Made by a program: the position numbers and the translations under genes
Notes under the pieces: generated by a model
The model's input: only the letters and a program-made list of their open reading frames with translations
What the model was told of the DNA's origin: nothing
Database searches by the model: none
Part shown: piece by piece, positions 48,488 to 61,969 of the stretch
Layout: every line of letters starts with the position of its first letter
Numbering within the stretch: position 1 is the stretch's first letter
Assembly: GCF_000143415.4 (NCBI RefSeq)
Contig: NW_003314342.1
Coordinates: 782,173 to 846,172, forward strand
Direction: 5' to 3'
DNA length: 64,000 nt
DNA from: Selaginella moellendorffii
Taxonomy: Eukaryota; Plantae; Lycopodiophyta

Positions 48488-49240
48488 AGAAGATCTTCGC
48501 GGGGATACCGATCAAAAACGCTGTCGCAGCAACGATCATGATCGTCGCCTATGGCCAAGAGGGCGACGGGGATTCCGCTAAGCAGGTTTTTGATCGTGCC
48601 TTGCCCAGAATCTCGTTTGCTGGAACGCGATGCTCACAGCATATGCGCAGAACGTGCATTTGCATTAATCGAAGCTTCTCTTGATACCATGCCCGAGAAA
48701 GATGTGATCTCTTGGACCGCAATGCTACAAAAACAATACCTAGTTTGATAGATGCCGAGAATGTTTTTGCAACTAAATGGAATTTAGCAACCTGGGGTCC
48801 CAAGCCAGGAATATGGAAAAGGCGAGGACACGATGCTAGAGAAAAATCTAGTGTTGTGGAACTCTCTCATTGTAGGATTTGCTCACAATGGATCTATCGA
48901 GAAGGTGGAGAAGCTCTTTCTTGAGATGCCTGAGTGGGATCTCATGTCTGTGAATGCTCTAATCTCTACTCATGGCAATGTCAATTGAGTGCAAGTTATT
49001 TTGGGTTCCACTCCTTTGGTGAGCACCATGTTCTAGAACATGATCCTGGTGGCCTACAGTGACAACGATTGCATCATCGAGGCCAAGACCTCTTTGATTA
49101 TGAGGAGGAGCAATGGAATCTCATGTTGTGGAACTCAATGATCTTGGCATTTGAGTGGCAATCATGATGTAGCCTAATAGCTATTCAATGTGATGCTCAA
49201 ATGAGATATGGTATTTTGCAACTCAATCCTTACGCAATAG
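48488..49240 (+). pseudogene. Degenerate PPR relic
   Basis: KIFAGIPIKNAVAATIMIVAYGQEG, DTMPEKDVISWTAML and further broken repeats with stops and frameshifts. Confidence 0.7.
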
Positions 49241-51233
49241 TATCCCATAAAAGAGATTTAATACTGAAGAAAATAGCCCATAAATAAAAGTGCATCCAAT
49301 CCCTTTAATTACTTATAATAACTTTGTTCTACATTATCATCAATTCCTTTTATGCCTCTTTTTATATTGGGATTGTGGGAAGAATATATTTAAGAAAACT
49401 TCCAAAGCCTCCAGCTTTAGAAATTCTAGATGACTATCATCTACAAAATAGATGTAATCAATCACAACACCATTTTATGGGTAATAGAGTTAAAATAGAA
49501 TTTGTATTGCTAATGGAGTTTAAAATCAATACCCAAGAAACATATAATAAATTTGCTCATTTACAAAGTTAGGTATGATGTTAGTGAAACTATCATACCT
49601 AAGCAAAATGTATCCTATATGCTTCCTATCATGAAACCTATCATGCATGTTTTTGTAAAAAGTATAGCAAGTCCACATCATAACCTAGAAAATAAATAGT
49701 TTAGAAGGTTTATAAAATATAAAGTACCTACTTATTTTTCAGGCTTGCCTAATGCTGATACTAACAAGATCCATAATGCACCTAGAGAGAATGATTTAAA
49801 ATGAACTTTCATTGCACACATTATAAACTTATATATTAAATTGGGGTTATTTAGCAGAAGGAAAATGATATGGCTAACTTCAAGTAGAAGAGTTTTTGAC
49901 AAAAGGAATGTATCATGCATGTTGTCATTAGTTTAATTCTCAACTTTCCCATTAATATATAAAAAAACTATTTAAAAAGTTAAAGAGAATGAAGTATGAG
50001 CAAATTTTTTTATATCTTTCAACACAAATAGTTGAACTAGTGTTATATATCTATATTCATGTCATTTTCATGAAAGATGTCAACAATTTACTATACGAGC
50101 CACTAAAGACACCCATAATGCTTTGGTGTGTTATTGGGGAAACAAAGCAAATCTATAAAAGAGTTAACTGAATGAAAAAATAATAAATAAAATGCTATTA
50201 TTATATAGTATATTATTAATGAGAGTTCCTCTAACTCCTCATCATGAGCATCTCGTCAAACATGAATGAAACTACTATAAAAAATCATTGCTATAAAACA
50301 CATATGTCCCCTTTTGGTTTGTAACAGTAAGTTTTAAAATTGATATAATATTTTTTGAACTTTTCAATTATTGTTATTTATTGGCAGAACTTATTCCAGA
50401 TTTTAACCATTTAGTGGTGGAACTTCCTCATCCTCCTTTTCATCATTATTGATATCACCATCATTACCAGCATTAATAACTTCTTCTTAGTTTAATGTAG
50501 AGGTCTCTTTCCCAAGGCATTCTAATTCCCAAACATAATCTATCTTTCATGCCTTTTAAAATCTTATAAATATTATTAGATATATTCTTCCATCCTTTAT
50601 ATCCTTTGCAACAAGTTAAGTGTAAATTGGTGTCTCAAATGGCACACTTTTATATCGAAGAAGATAATATATTTAGGAAAGATCCTAGAAATTTTATTAT
50701 ACTTTTAAACTATATGTCATATGAAATAAAGCTAGCTATAGTGGCAATCATAAGTTGTTTTACTTTTGGACTTATTTAGCAACCACCCCTTTGTGATCCC
50801 TTCCAAATATGCATTGACACATGTGTTGAAGAACATGAAAATGATATTTAGATCATCATTAATGTGTAGTGTCAAAAACTTCTCATTTTCACCTATAATT
50901 TGTGTGATGTGAAAAGTTCTTCTCAACTACTTCTAGTACTCATTCCTATAATATACATTGTTTATAATGATTTATCATAAGATAACCATAAAGTGGAAAC
51001 TTAACCCTTAGATATATATATGGAGTGGGATTTGAGTTTGAAGGCCTTGGGCCACTTAACAAAGGGACGAAGTCAAATTCCTAAGCATATAGCCAAAGAG
51101 CCAAAGAATTATAGCATAGAATAATTCTGAAATGTACAATCAAAGAACAAAAGAACAAAAGTATAGAGCAACTTATAAGTGTACAACCAAGGAACTAAAG
51201 AACATGAATATGGAGTGATATATTTAAATAATC

Positions 51234-52061
51234 TATAAGCTCCTAAATTTGAACTTCTCGAGAGGTCACATAGCCCATAGAGCAACTTATAAGCGTACAA
51301 CCAAGGAACGAAAGAACATGAATATAGAGTGATATATTTGAATAATTTGTAAGCTCTTAAATTTGGACTTCTCAGGAGGTCACGTAGCCTAGTACTATTC
51401 AAACCTAAGGACACTTAACCCAAATTCACGCCCTCGTGAATAGAAGTTGAGAACTGCAACTCTTTTAAGAGCTTCGCTCTCTTGACACCCTACCCCTCGG
51501 GTCAAGCCTAACAAGAGCAAATTGGACTAATTAAATGTCAATCAATATGTGGTGTGATTTCCGTAACCAACCAATAGAGTTGGAGTCGAAACCGCTTTAA
51601 TACCAAATGTAAGCTTCTAAATTTAGATTTCTTAGGAGGTCACTCAGCCCAATACTATTCAAACCCAAGAACGTTTAACCCTAAATATCTTAAAACCCTT
51701 AACCAATTAGAAAAAGGGGTGCACTCTTGTTTATGGGCTCTTTCCTTCTATATTTGAACCCTTATGGACCATTTCTCGAGTTATTCTCTTTGGTTGCTTA
51801 TATAATTTTAGAGCATTTAAGCTAAGACTAACATGTAAATCAAAGCTAAATTTATGAGATTTGAAGAAAAGATTTAACACTTATATAAGCTCAGGATGTC
51901 ACCTAACCTAGTACTATTCAAACCCAAGGATACTTAACCTCAAATATCCCAAAACCCTTAACCGATTGGAAAAGAAATGCACTTTTATTGATAGGCCCTT
52001 TTCCTTTTATATTTGAACCCCATAGATTGTCTTTTAAATCATTTTTTTTTCGTTGCTTATA
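51234..52061 (-). mobile_element. Cluster of Cassandra-like TRIM pieces (LTRs 51608-51802 and 51884-52061, PBS, internal domain, partial LTRs)
   Basis: LTRs homologous to 20029-20222. GTCGAAACCGCTTTAATACCA (51585-51605) is a degenerate copy of the tRNA-iMet 3' end, i.e. a minus-strand PBS. About 170-bp internal domain. Confidence 0.8.
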
Positions 52062-52549
52062 ACTTTCTTCCACGCATTCACCAAAAACCTTTGTAGCAAT
52101 TATTGAAAGCAATTACTACTTTTTTTTGCCACTACTCAAAGAATGCTTAGTAGTGGTGTTTGTCCACTACTTCCAACCATTTCCTATCTTGTAATTTAAA
52201 TTTGGTGCTTTGTTTGGTGGTTATTTCTAAAAATTGTTATAATTGTAGTCATTGCAATTCAAAAAAGAGGAATCTTCTTTATTTTACTATGTTTAGTTTG
52301 TTACTAATACACTTGCATCAAGTTCACCTTATATATTGGTTTATTTAACATATGTTAAGTAAAAACAAATGGTGCTAGACTTTAATTTTCTTTTAGCCTA
52401 AAGCTTGAATGGTAAGTCTTTTATGAGTATCAATTAATATGTGAGTTGGAAATCTTTCTTCGCTAGGAATCTTTCATTTTGATACATTTAGTTTTATTTC
52501 TACTCGAAGATCTTTATATTGGTTTATGAAGGCACTTGGAAACCATATC

Positions 52550-53155
52550 TTCTTACCCTATCTATCTTTATTGCTAGAATCTAGAGGAATCATGCTCTAG
52601 AGAAAGTTATAAAAGAATGTTACTCAGCTTCTATGCTCTATTCTGTATCTACTTTGCTAACTAAAATATCAATTAGGATGAAATGACCAAATTTCTTGGC
52701 ATAACTCAATTATTGGTATTTACAGCCCATAACACTAACTATGAAGCCTTGTCCTTTAACCAAGTTCAAGCTTGAAGTTTGGTGGAATCAAAATAAATTG
52801 CATCATCAAAGAAATAATGTGTCTTATTAGCTTAAACAAGTAACCACAATATAATCACTTTTTAGTAATGCCTAAGAACTATGCAAATATGTATAAAACT
52901 TTTCAAAACCCCAAATTATTGCTAAACACTACTACTCTATTGCAAAATAATTCACTTCCACTAGTTTTAATGTATAGTTAATGTATGCAATGCAATGGTA
53001 CTGACCAGGCATACTCAGGCTCTTTTGCATCAACACACCACCAAAATCGATATCAAAAACATCCATGCACAAAATGAAAAGTTGAGTGTAGTTATGATAT
53101 GCCAAAATTGGGGAAGTCATCTATAATTGTTAATGCCCACTCCTAATTCACAGAT
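52550..53155 (-). mobile_element. Degenerate gypsy RNase H remnant
   Basis: TSPILAYHNYTQLFILCMDV...GGVLMQ...IAY...EVNY. Confidence 0.7.
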
Positions 53156-56100
53156 TGTAAATGACTAAATTTTCCATTCTACTTTAATCACTTAACCACA
53201 CCTCCAGCCACTTGTAGGAGTCTCACGCATAACCTCCATAATGTGAAACACAAATCCCAAAGCCCCAAAATAAAGTCGAAAGGGTGCCATGTGGTAGTGG
53301 CTGCAGCAAAAGCCAAACAAGCATAACACGTTTGGGCTAAAAGCTCTGACTTGAAAAGTCGAGAGCGGGAGTGGAACTCCCAACAAACTCCCAACTTCCA
53401 ACTCCATCTCGGGTCCATCTCGGGTCCATCTCGGACTCCATCTCAGATCCATCTCGGACTCCAACTCGGGTCCATCTCAGACTCTATCTTGGGTCCATCT
53501 CGGACTCCAACTCGGGTCCATCTCGGACTCCATCTCGGGTCCATCTCGGACTCCATTTCGGGTCCATCTCAAACTCCATCTCGGATCCATCTTGGACTCC
53601 AACTCGGGTCCATCTCGTACTCTTCCACGTGTCATGTGTTGGTCCTCTTGTGTCCCTTTTCTAGAGACTCACTTATTGCTTGCTTTGTGCTTGTTTGTCG
53701 AGCACTTCATTGGGAGTTCCACTCCTGCTCTCGACCTTTCAAGTCAGAGCTTTTAGTCCAAACGTGTTATGCTCATTTGGATTTCGCTTCAACCATTACC
53801 ACATAGCACCCTTTCGGCTCCACTTTGGGGCCTAGGGATTTTGTGTCTCACAACTCCACCACTTATAGACAAAGTTCGATGTCCTCATCGAACAATAAAC
53901 TATTTTATAAAGTAATACCAACATGTATTACCTTTTCCATTCTTAACACTTCACCAATATTCGTCAATGGTTTGATATCGAAGGCTCACCATGCCTTGCC
54001 CATCCTCTAAAGAGGACAGTCTCTCCAATTTAGAGACTGATTGGACCATTTGTGGTGGTTCTCTCTTTTTATTGGTTTAATTCTCATTAAACTTGTTAGA
54101 AACACTGTCTTTATCTCAATCCCTCTATTCCTTCTCGAGTAGTTTTAGTTTCCATTGATATAACCTTTTCACTTTGGAACTTTTACTTTTGACTTCTTGA
54201 GGTCAATTTCTTAGGTGTCTCTGACACCTTGCATTGCACATATTGTGCAACTCCAATTTCCCATCCTAGGAAGCACTCTACTTGAGGGCAATATCATCCT
54301 CTTTTCTATTTCGTGCCACCTTGGGCACTAAGTTCTAGTTATCATAATTTGTGCTAGGGCTGTCCATGGCCCTATCATTTGGCTACTTTACCGCTCCTTT
54401 CCTTGGAGCTTCCACTTTCGCCAAATTGGAGCAATTGGGAATCCATTCTTGGAAACACATTGCCTTTCCCACAATTCGTTAACACCCAACACATTAGTGT
54501 TCTTGGCCTAACTTTGCCTTTTGGATTCTTTCCCATGATTCCTATGGCTCTTTTTTTAGCCGCTAGTCTTTTGCTCCTATCCTTGATTATTCCACTCAGC
54601 AATATCGGATCACTACCTCCATTCTTGAGGTATCTGTAAGCCACAAATTTTTCCTTTCCATTTTGCCAGCTTACCTTATCTATCCAACCAACACTGCCTT
54701 GGCTTTAGCTAAGTTCCCTCGCCAAGGTTCTCGCCTATGGTACCAGCTCTTACTTGGTCCTACTTGGTTTCAATTACTCACTACACGAGCAATAGAGTGT
54801 TAGCCATCCATCCACGGATTCCCAAATCTTTCCCAATCCCCCTCCCCGGGTTAGACTAGACTTAAGGTTCGGCTACACTCCCCGCAGGCACAAGCAGTTA
54901 AGCACACCAAGCTTCCAGGTTCCTAACATCCCTTGATACCACAAGACTTAATTATAGGACCCTCTAAATCCCAAGCCTTGGGTGCAACACTTACTTCGGG
55001 ACACCAGGGTGAAACACCGTGGCCTAATGGCCTAGTATGGGTACCTCTACCCCCCTACTTCCATCCCGAAGGGAAGGTCCAAGCCCTTAGGAAGGGCGAG
55101 GACCAATGAGCCACAAGGTACTTAAGTGAGGCACCACTCCACATGAGCCGGAAGCATTGTAGTCGGTTTTCCTTTCGGGAGTGGGAGCTGCTCTTGAGCA
55201 CTTCCTTAAGTGGCCCTCTGGCACCACCCGAGTCCATGCTCACTCCCACCCAAGGCCCCTCAGCCCCAGTCTCAACCTCAAGTCAATTTGGAAGCACCAC
55301 CAATTTGGAAGTCCTTCAAGACTGGTTCCTGGACCTCCCTATCCCTACTATACTTTTGGAACCCCCTGCAGCCCCCCCCCCCCTGGGAGACGCACGCTTT
55401 GGGCTTTCACCCCTTGACCTGTATTAATACTCGAACTCGGTTTTGGACTCGATCTCGGACCCGACTTTGGACTCGGTCTTGGACTCGATCTCAGACTCGA
55501 TCTCGGACTCGACTTCAGACTCGACCTCGGACTCTGTCTCGGACCCGATCTCGAATCTCGGACTCTGTCTCGAACTCGATCTCGAACTCAATCTTGAACT
55601 CGGTCTCTGTATCGGCCTCGGACTCGATCCCGGACTCTATCTCGAACTCGGTCTCAGAGTCAGTCTTGGACTCGATCTCAGACTCGGTCCCATCCGATGA
55701 ACTCTTTGTCATTTCGGTCATGCTTTCGGGGATCCTTTAGCCTACGACACCTCGGGGAGTTGGTTCTTTACAGTATCCTTTCAGTTCCATAGCAAGGACT
55801 TTGCTTTGCCAAGTCCAGAGGGTGTTCACCTCTAGTACATCTCTTTAGCATTTTCTACTATGGGCTCTATCCCTGGCCCAACTTTGTGACCCTCCCATGG
55901 GTTTGTTATAAAGACTACTTTCTTCGGACTCACTATGCCATCGCATTATCACAGATCATTTCCCTTAGGTGTTCTTCCCACTTGGTCACCTGACCAAGCC
56001 ACACCGTCATCAATAGTTCAAATCAACACTTTGAACTAGAAACCTTATCCCTTAACCTCACAAGGACTTTGTCCTTATTTTAGCCATAAGATCACCTAGT

Positions 56101-58290
56101 GATTTAACCTTGACACCTTAACAGATTTGCCAATAAGTACTAAGTTTTCCAAACCTTTAAGTTGTTCACCATGACCCCGGGGGCATCCCTCACACTTGGC
56201 AGTGCACCCAAGCCAGCCCTTCCGGCTGAGGGTCCATAGCAACTGAGACTAGGTGTCCCCATCTCACTCACCACGCCCTTAGTGCCACTCGCACAAAAGT
56301 GTTCAAGTTAGATATGCCGAGCCACACTAAGCAATTTAACTGTACATCACGACTCCGGGGCATCCCCCGCTTGGCGGTATGCCCAAGCCAGTCTAAGAGT
56401 CTATGACCACGGAAAAATGAGTGTCCTCATATTTCAAACCATCACCGCGCCCTAGTGAGTTGGAACTTAAACCCAAGCATTAGAGGGTCGGGACTTAAAC
56501 CCAGCCTCCATATATACATCTACGGAAAGCATCGCCTAAGATGTCTAGCATGACTCCCCACGCCAGTGCACCAACTTATAGTTAAAGTGCACTACAAATC
56601 ACAGCTTAGGAACCTAGTTCCTTCGCACTGCCAAGCCCTTTCACTTGACAAGTCTGTGATCATGCATGAACTCCTCCATGCTTGGCCCCATGGGCCACCC
56701 TTTTTTAAGTTGGCACCTTCAACTAGGGGATTTGTTCCCCTAACTTGCCAATCTCACTTAGCAAGTCATCCGACCAACGTAACATGGTTTCATGCACAAG
56801 CGTGAAAGTCCTTGACCATCGACTTTCATTCAAAGCCATCCCTTTGAGCACTTGGGAACTGCTTCCCCAACCTTGATAGCATTGTGTTATAACAAGTTTC
56901 AAGGCCACACTTTTGCTGCACCACTCTAATTTCACACGTTCTATGAACTATTTACACTTGGTTTTCTAGGTACTAAGTTACCTAGAATTGTCTTTGGGAA
57001 CCTTTAAAGGAACTCTGTCCCTTAGCTTGCTAAGGCCTCTCCTTTCGTAAGCTTTTTAATTGCCATATGGTTTAACATTGACAATTCCATGCTTTAGACT
57101 CTCCATGGCATCACGGTTGCTAGTAACAACATGCTTGAGCACCCACTTGATTTTCCACTCCCAACTGGCATAACCACCTTTAGTTATGCAATTCGATTCC
57201 TATGGTTTGGTTCTATCCCCTTACTACTTGCTTTTGGCCTCACACATTTCCCTTGGTTATTCTCCTTTAGACTAGGAGGATAGTTTTGCACTTTTTACTA
57301 TGTCGTAGCAAATATTCTTAAGGATGAACATACTTGATAGCCTAGGGAGTGGTTCCTCAATCCGGGTATGCTCAACTTATAATCCCACACACCGGGATTA
57401 ATGTTGCTACTTATGGGCTTTTATATGCCTATCACTAGCCTTGCCAAAATTCCATTTTGGCTTTGTCCAATTCAGGTAAACAATCTTTTCTTGTCTTCGC
57501 AACTTTGAACGTTTGGATAGCACCTTCTATCCATCATTTGCAAAGGACTTAGTCCTTTGGGCCTTATTTATTGCCCTCGTGACATTAAATACCACCTCCT
57601 GGTGTTCTAGAGTGTTTGGGTGTCCCAATGATGGCCTCTTTGACAATAATATAACATTGACTTACTATATCACAACATAAGCAATTTATCCCCCGTAAAG
57701 GTATATCTAGCTTTCTTATACCATTAAGAAGTTTTGGGTAACTACCTTCTACCTGTTTAACCAATTATCTTGCACCTCTTGCTTAGTTGCTTCATAGTTG
57801 TCAAGTCTTACAACTCATTGCTAGTGATTCTACACCTCCATCATTATTTGGGTCACCACACTTTAACCGCATGCCTTCCAGCTTAAGCCATACCATTCCC
57901 ATTTCCATTAGGATTCCTCTGGGAAGAGGCTCTCATTACCCTGCCAACTTAACCTCAGGGCATCACGCCTTGGCACATTTGGTGTCTCCACATTATCGAC
58001 TCCACGAACCTACATTTACAACACTTCTTTCTCGTGTCTAGGTCCTTGCCAAGACCAATACAGTTCTTTTTCATGCTAACTATCTATTAGCATTGCACCA
58101 TAAAATTTACACACAACTTTGTGTCAAAGTTGCTTTCTTTTTGGGAACACCTTTTCCACGACTTTAGTATGACACATTCTGCCATTAATGAGATACCCAC
58201 GGTTCTCATACTTGGATTATATGATCTTCCCCATCCTTTATGGGGTACAACACACCTCAGTCCAAATGCTTCCACCAGTCCTCCAAGTCA
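53156..58290 (-). mobile_element. Older, truncated relative of the LARD-like element
   Basis: LTR 53156-53852, followed by reverse-complement PPT (ACTCCACCAC). 53853-58290 is colinear with the reverse complement of ~33006-29650, plus an extra 54640-55790 segment. Confidence 0.85.
55430..55690. repeat. Degenerate (CTCGGA/CTCGAT) hexamer array
   Basis: Visible tandem hexamers; reverse complement of the GAGTCC-type repeat. Confidence 0.85.
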
Positions 58291-58479
58291 GCAGTCACCT
58301 CCAATATATCATAGAGAACTTTGTCCATCATTTATTAAAAAGTCATTAAAGCATTATTTAAACCACTAAAAACTTGTACAAACTAAAAAATGTATAAAAA
58401 ATAGTCATAGGAACATCTTCCTCAGCTATTAACATTTACCAATACCCAAAAGTAAAATCTAATTTTATGAATTAATAAC

Positions 58480-60015
58480 TTCTCCCCAGGCAATTTAGAA
58501 GATCAATAGTGTGAGGAAGAGGGTACATATTTGAGATAGTCGCCTCATTAACAAATGATAGTCAATACAGAAGTGAATACTCCCATTAGGTTTCATCAGA
58601 AGATGGGGTTCACATGCCTGAGGATTTGAGACTTTCAAATAATACCCTTCTCTAACATCTCCTTGATGTTCAAACATAAAATCTTAATCCCCTTTGAGAA
58701 TCTCCGTATCAAGACCTTCTACTATAGCAGCACTAACAGGACATTGTTAACATCAAAGCCTGCACCCAGGAAATCAAGGATGCCAATCCAAAAAATGCCA
58801 ACAATAATGATATGTATGGCCACTCCTAGCAACAGATATCATAACCATGATCATATCTTTGTCTTTGTTTTTGGACAAGAGCAACAACATCAATCTCCAT
58901 CAGAATAGAACCATCTCCCACATGAAGTGGAGCTGAAAGACATATAATAAGAAGTGGAAGAGGCAATGTTTCATAATGTTGTATCAGTCAAAAAAACATT
59001 GTAAAGGGTGATTAGAGCAAATGCATATACAAATCCCACAAGATATTGATGAAATGTTGGCCTTAATATTCCAACTTGATCCGCTCCAACATATTTGGCT
59101 CTGCATGAAGCAAGAGGCTTTGAAAATAAATGCTAAATTGCATCACTGACTCAAATGGCCTAAAAGGCATCACCATAATCATCAATATGTCCAAATACAT
59201 ACTTGAAGATATCCAAGAGAATGCTCCAATCTGCATGAGTGGTTGCATTCAAATTATTTGTACTATGGCAATGTTATCCTTTGTAAACACTAAGCATCAT
59301 CTCAAAAATGATAAGTAGCAATCACAATAAAATGATCGAACCAATGGTATACATCATCTTTAGAATTTCTATGGAAAAACTCTAGCCATACATGAGGATT
59401 AACAGTAATAGTAGGAGGAGCTGTAACATACACCGTAAATGCTGCCATCAACTAAGCTTGATTATTCAATTGCAACCATATAGTTATAAGCAACTAAAAA
59501 GAATGATAGAGAATGCCGGTGTATCAAATAAGTTTCAAGTCCGACTCTATTAGTTGACTAAGGGAATCACACTATATATTGAGATTCTAGGCTTAACTCG
59601 AAGGTAAGATGTCAAGGCTCTCAAGAGAGCTGTGACTTTTAGCTTTCATTCACGAAGATGTGAACTTATAGGGAAGTGTGGTGGATTATAAATGACTAAA
59701 ATGAACAATTCAAGAAATGATTCATAAAAGTTTAAATATAAAGGGAAAATATCCAAGAAAAAAAATATACCTCTTTTTTAAATTGATTAAGAGTTTTGGG
59801 ATATTTAGAATTAAGTGTTTTTGGGTTTAAATAATATTAAACTGAATGACTTCTCGAGAAATTCAAATTCAAAAGTTTAAAATTGCATTGAACAATTGCA
59901 CTAATTGCTCCTCCAAAGTCAAAGGAGGAGGAAGCTACTCTCACAAAAATGTGCATTTTAATTATCCCGAAACCCCTAGTTTATATAATCTGGATTGAAA
60001 TCAATCCAACGCCTC
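58480..60015 (-). mobile_element. Degenerate gypsy gag/RT fragments and LTR relic of the 176-bp-LTR family
   Basis: KPNGSIHFCIDY RT relic; gag homologous to 26500-26920; LTR relic at 59945-60010; interrupted by a Cassandra-like fragment. Confidence 0.7.
59518..59881 (+). mobile_element. Degenerate Cassandra-like TRIM (PBS relic, internal domain, PPT, 3' LTR)
   Basis: Internal part matches the reverse complement of 51423-51593; PPT AGGGAAGTGTGGTGG at ~59670; AT-drifted LTR at ~59688-59881. Confidence 0.7.
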
Positions 60016-60029
60016 TATGCCCAAGATTA

Positions 60030-61845
60030 TGATCCTTAAAAGTAGCTCCCCCTATTCACCTTTGTCTACAATACCCCTAGACAATAATGATTGGAGAGGC
60101 TTAAATAGAAGTTTGTAGCCATCTGGTGTCTCCTTGAACTGTTAGATACACACTAATGCAGCTTCAGAAAGAAGCGGCTTAGTTACCTATGTAGTAAATA
60201 ACCTAGATTGGCTTAGCATATGACCCATAATTAGATCTTTCATGAGTTTGGATAGAAATCCCATATCTGGTTCCCATAATGCAAACATGCTCACTGTACT
60301 AGGTGATATAACCAAGGTAAGCTTATACTGCACAATCCAAAATACTGGTTCGAAACGCCTCTGCTTTACATGCATCTGTAGCACGCTCAAGCCATCAGTG
60401 AGGATCCTGGCAGGATTCAAATGCATAAATAGCAGGATCCTGAGCAAGGTTGCTCAAGTAGAGAGACCACCAAAGCAGTCGGCCATACTTGAGCATCCAC
60501 TCATTACTAACCACCTCAAAACAATTCCCCTGTGTAGATGTAGCCAGCAGAGTGTGCTGTTTTCCCCGATATCTCCCTTAAAGAAGGCAATCAAAGGAGA
60601 CGGAAGAAAAAACCCAGGGACCAGATTCCGACTCTGCAAAGAAGGATAGCACCACTCGGGTTCTAAGAAATTGGTGACCCTGGATGTAGTGTCTATGAAC
60701 AGAGTTAAACATGTTCCACCTAACACTTGTGTAGATCTTCGAAGTGGGATGTACACGTTTTCTTCAAGAATATAACTCTGGAAGACTTCAGTGGCTTTAG
60801 TCTCCCATGTCGTCCATAGTTCAACTGAGTACTAGCCTGTATCTTCTTGAGAAACTTAAGTTTCCATTCAAGTTTTTTTATCCGATTCGGTCAAAATCCC
60901 TTTCCACCATCTACCGTCATCATGTTTGAAAACACTTGCAGCGTCCACGGCTCCTCTTTCCCTAGTCCTCCACCCAGCTCCTCAATGCATGCAATCCAGT
61001 AAGCCAGACAGTAGGTCATGCATGCGAGATGGCCTGCGTAATCTCCATTTCCCAGTGCCTGCCTTGCACGGCCGAGGAAAGCATTTCTAAAATATGAGGG
61101 CTGAGGATAACAGGAGCCAGAACCCAGCGACAAGTAAATGACCCAAACCTGTTTCCGATGTAACTCTCGAACCACCCTCGACTTACCCCAGCCGCTGGAC
61201 TGGAAGAGACCAACGATACGTGAAAAATCAGTCTCCTTCTTGATTTTGTTTGGGGCGTCGTAAAACGAGTCTACTCCACTGCCCTGATAGTCGATGTCAA
61301 ATGCTCGACCTGTAGCAGCAGCAAACATAAACATTCATGCAAACTGACACACTTACTTGCCATCTTTAACTCTATGCCATGTTGTGGACTTGTGCTTGTA
61401 CTGCTACTGCTCCTCCAGTGTCAGCTTGTACCAGCAAGCTCTATAGATTTCATCAAGCCATTCCTCGCCGTTCAGCTTCTTGTGGATACACTCCCAAGAT
61501 TTGAAAAGAAGCTCTGGGTACTTCTCCAACACCATTCTCACTTTTGATTCCTGTGCCTCGTTGTCTGCTTGTTGCAGCGCCATTTCAAGTACATACTGTG
61601 GGCCGATGCCTTTGTGTTTCTCTTGCTGCTCTGGCGACAACTTGTCCCAACTCTCAAGCAGCAGATCCAAATACATCAGCTTCCTGTCAGAATTGAAACC
61701 TTCAAAAACATCGAACAGGTTCTTCGGGCTTTGACGATATCTCATCTCCAGCAATCGCATTTGCTCTTGGGCAGATAGCAGCAGCTCTCGTCACTCTCTT
61801 CTCGAATCCTCTTTCGGGCTTCTCCCCAATCCTCTTGTTGGCCAT
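60030..61845 (-). pseudogene. P-loop NTPase pseudogene resembling an uncharacterised fungal/oomycete family
   Basis: Walker A IVGLFQSSGWGKSR; downstream LFIDTTS, KPLLSEAA, GIVDKGE*GELLLRII; several stops and frameshifts. Confidence 0.6.
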
Positions 61846-61904
61846 AGTTGGGGCTAGGGTTTGTAATTGTGGATCCCCAAGTGTGGAAGCATGGTGGAAG
61901 TTGA

Positions 61905-61968
61905 TACCAAATTGTAAACAACTAAATTTTTCATTCTACTTTAGTCACTTAACCACACTTCTAAGAGA
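61905..61968 (-). mobile_element. Small LTR-end/PBS fragment of the LARD family
   Basis: GATACCAAATTGTAAACAACTAAATTTTTCATT... is the reverse complement of 28850-28910. Confidence 0.6.
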
Positions 61969-61969
61969 G

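Noticed and set aside
49300-51100. Short ORFs in an AT-rich stretch, with a possible gag-like YLEGITKGW
   Set aside because: Too degenerate to assign; probably old TE debris.
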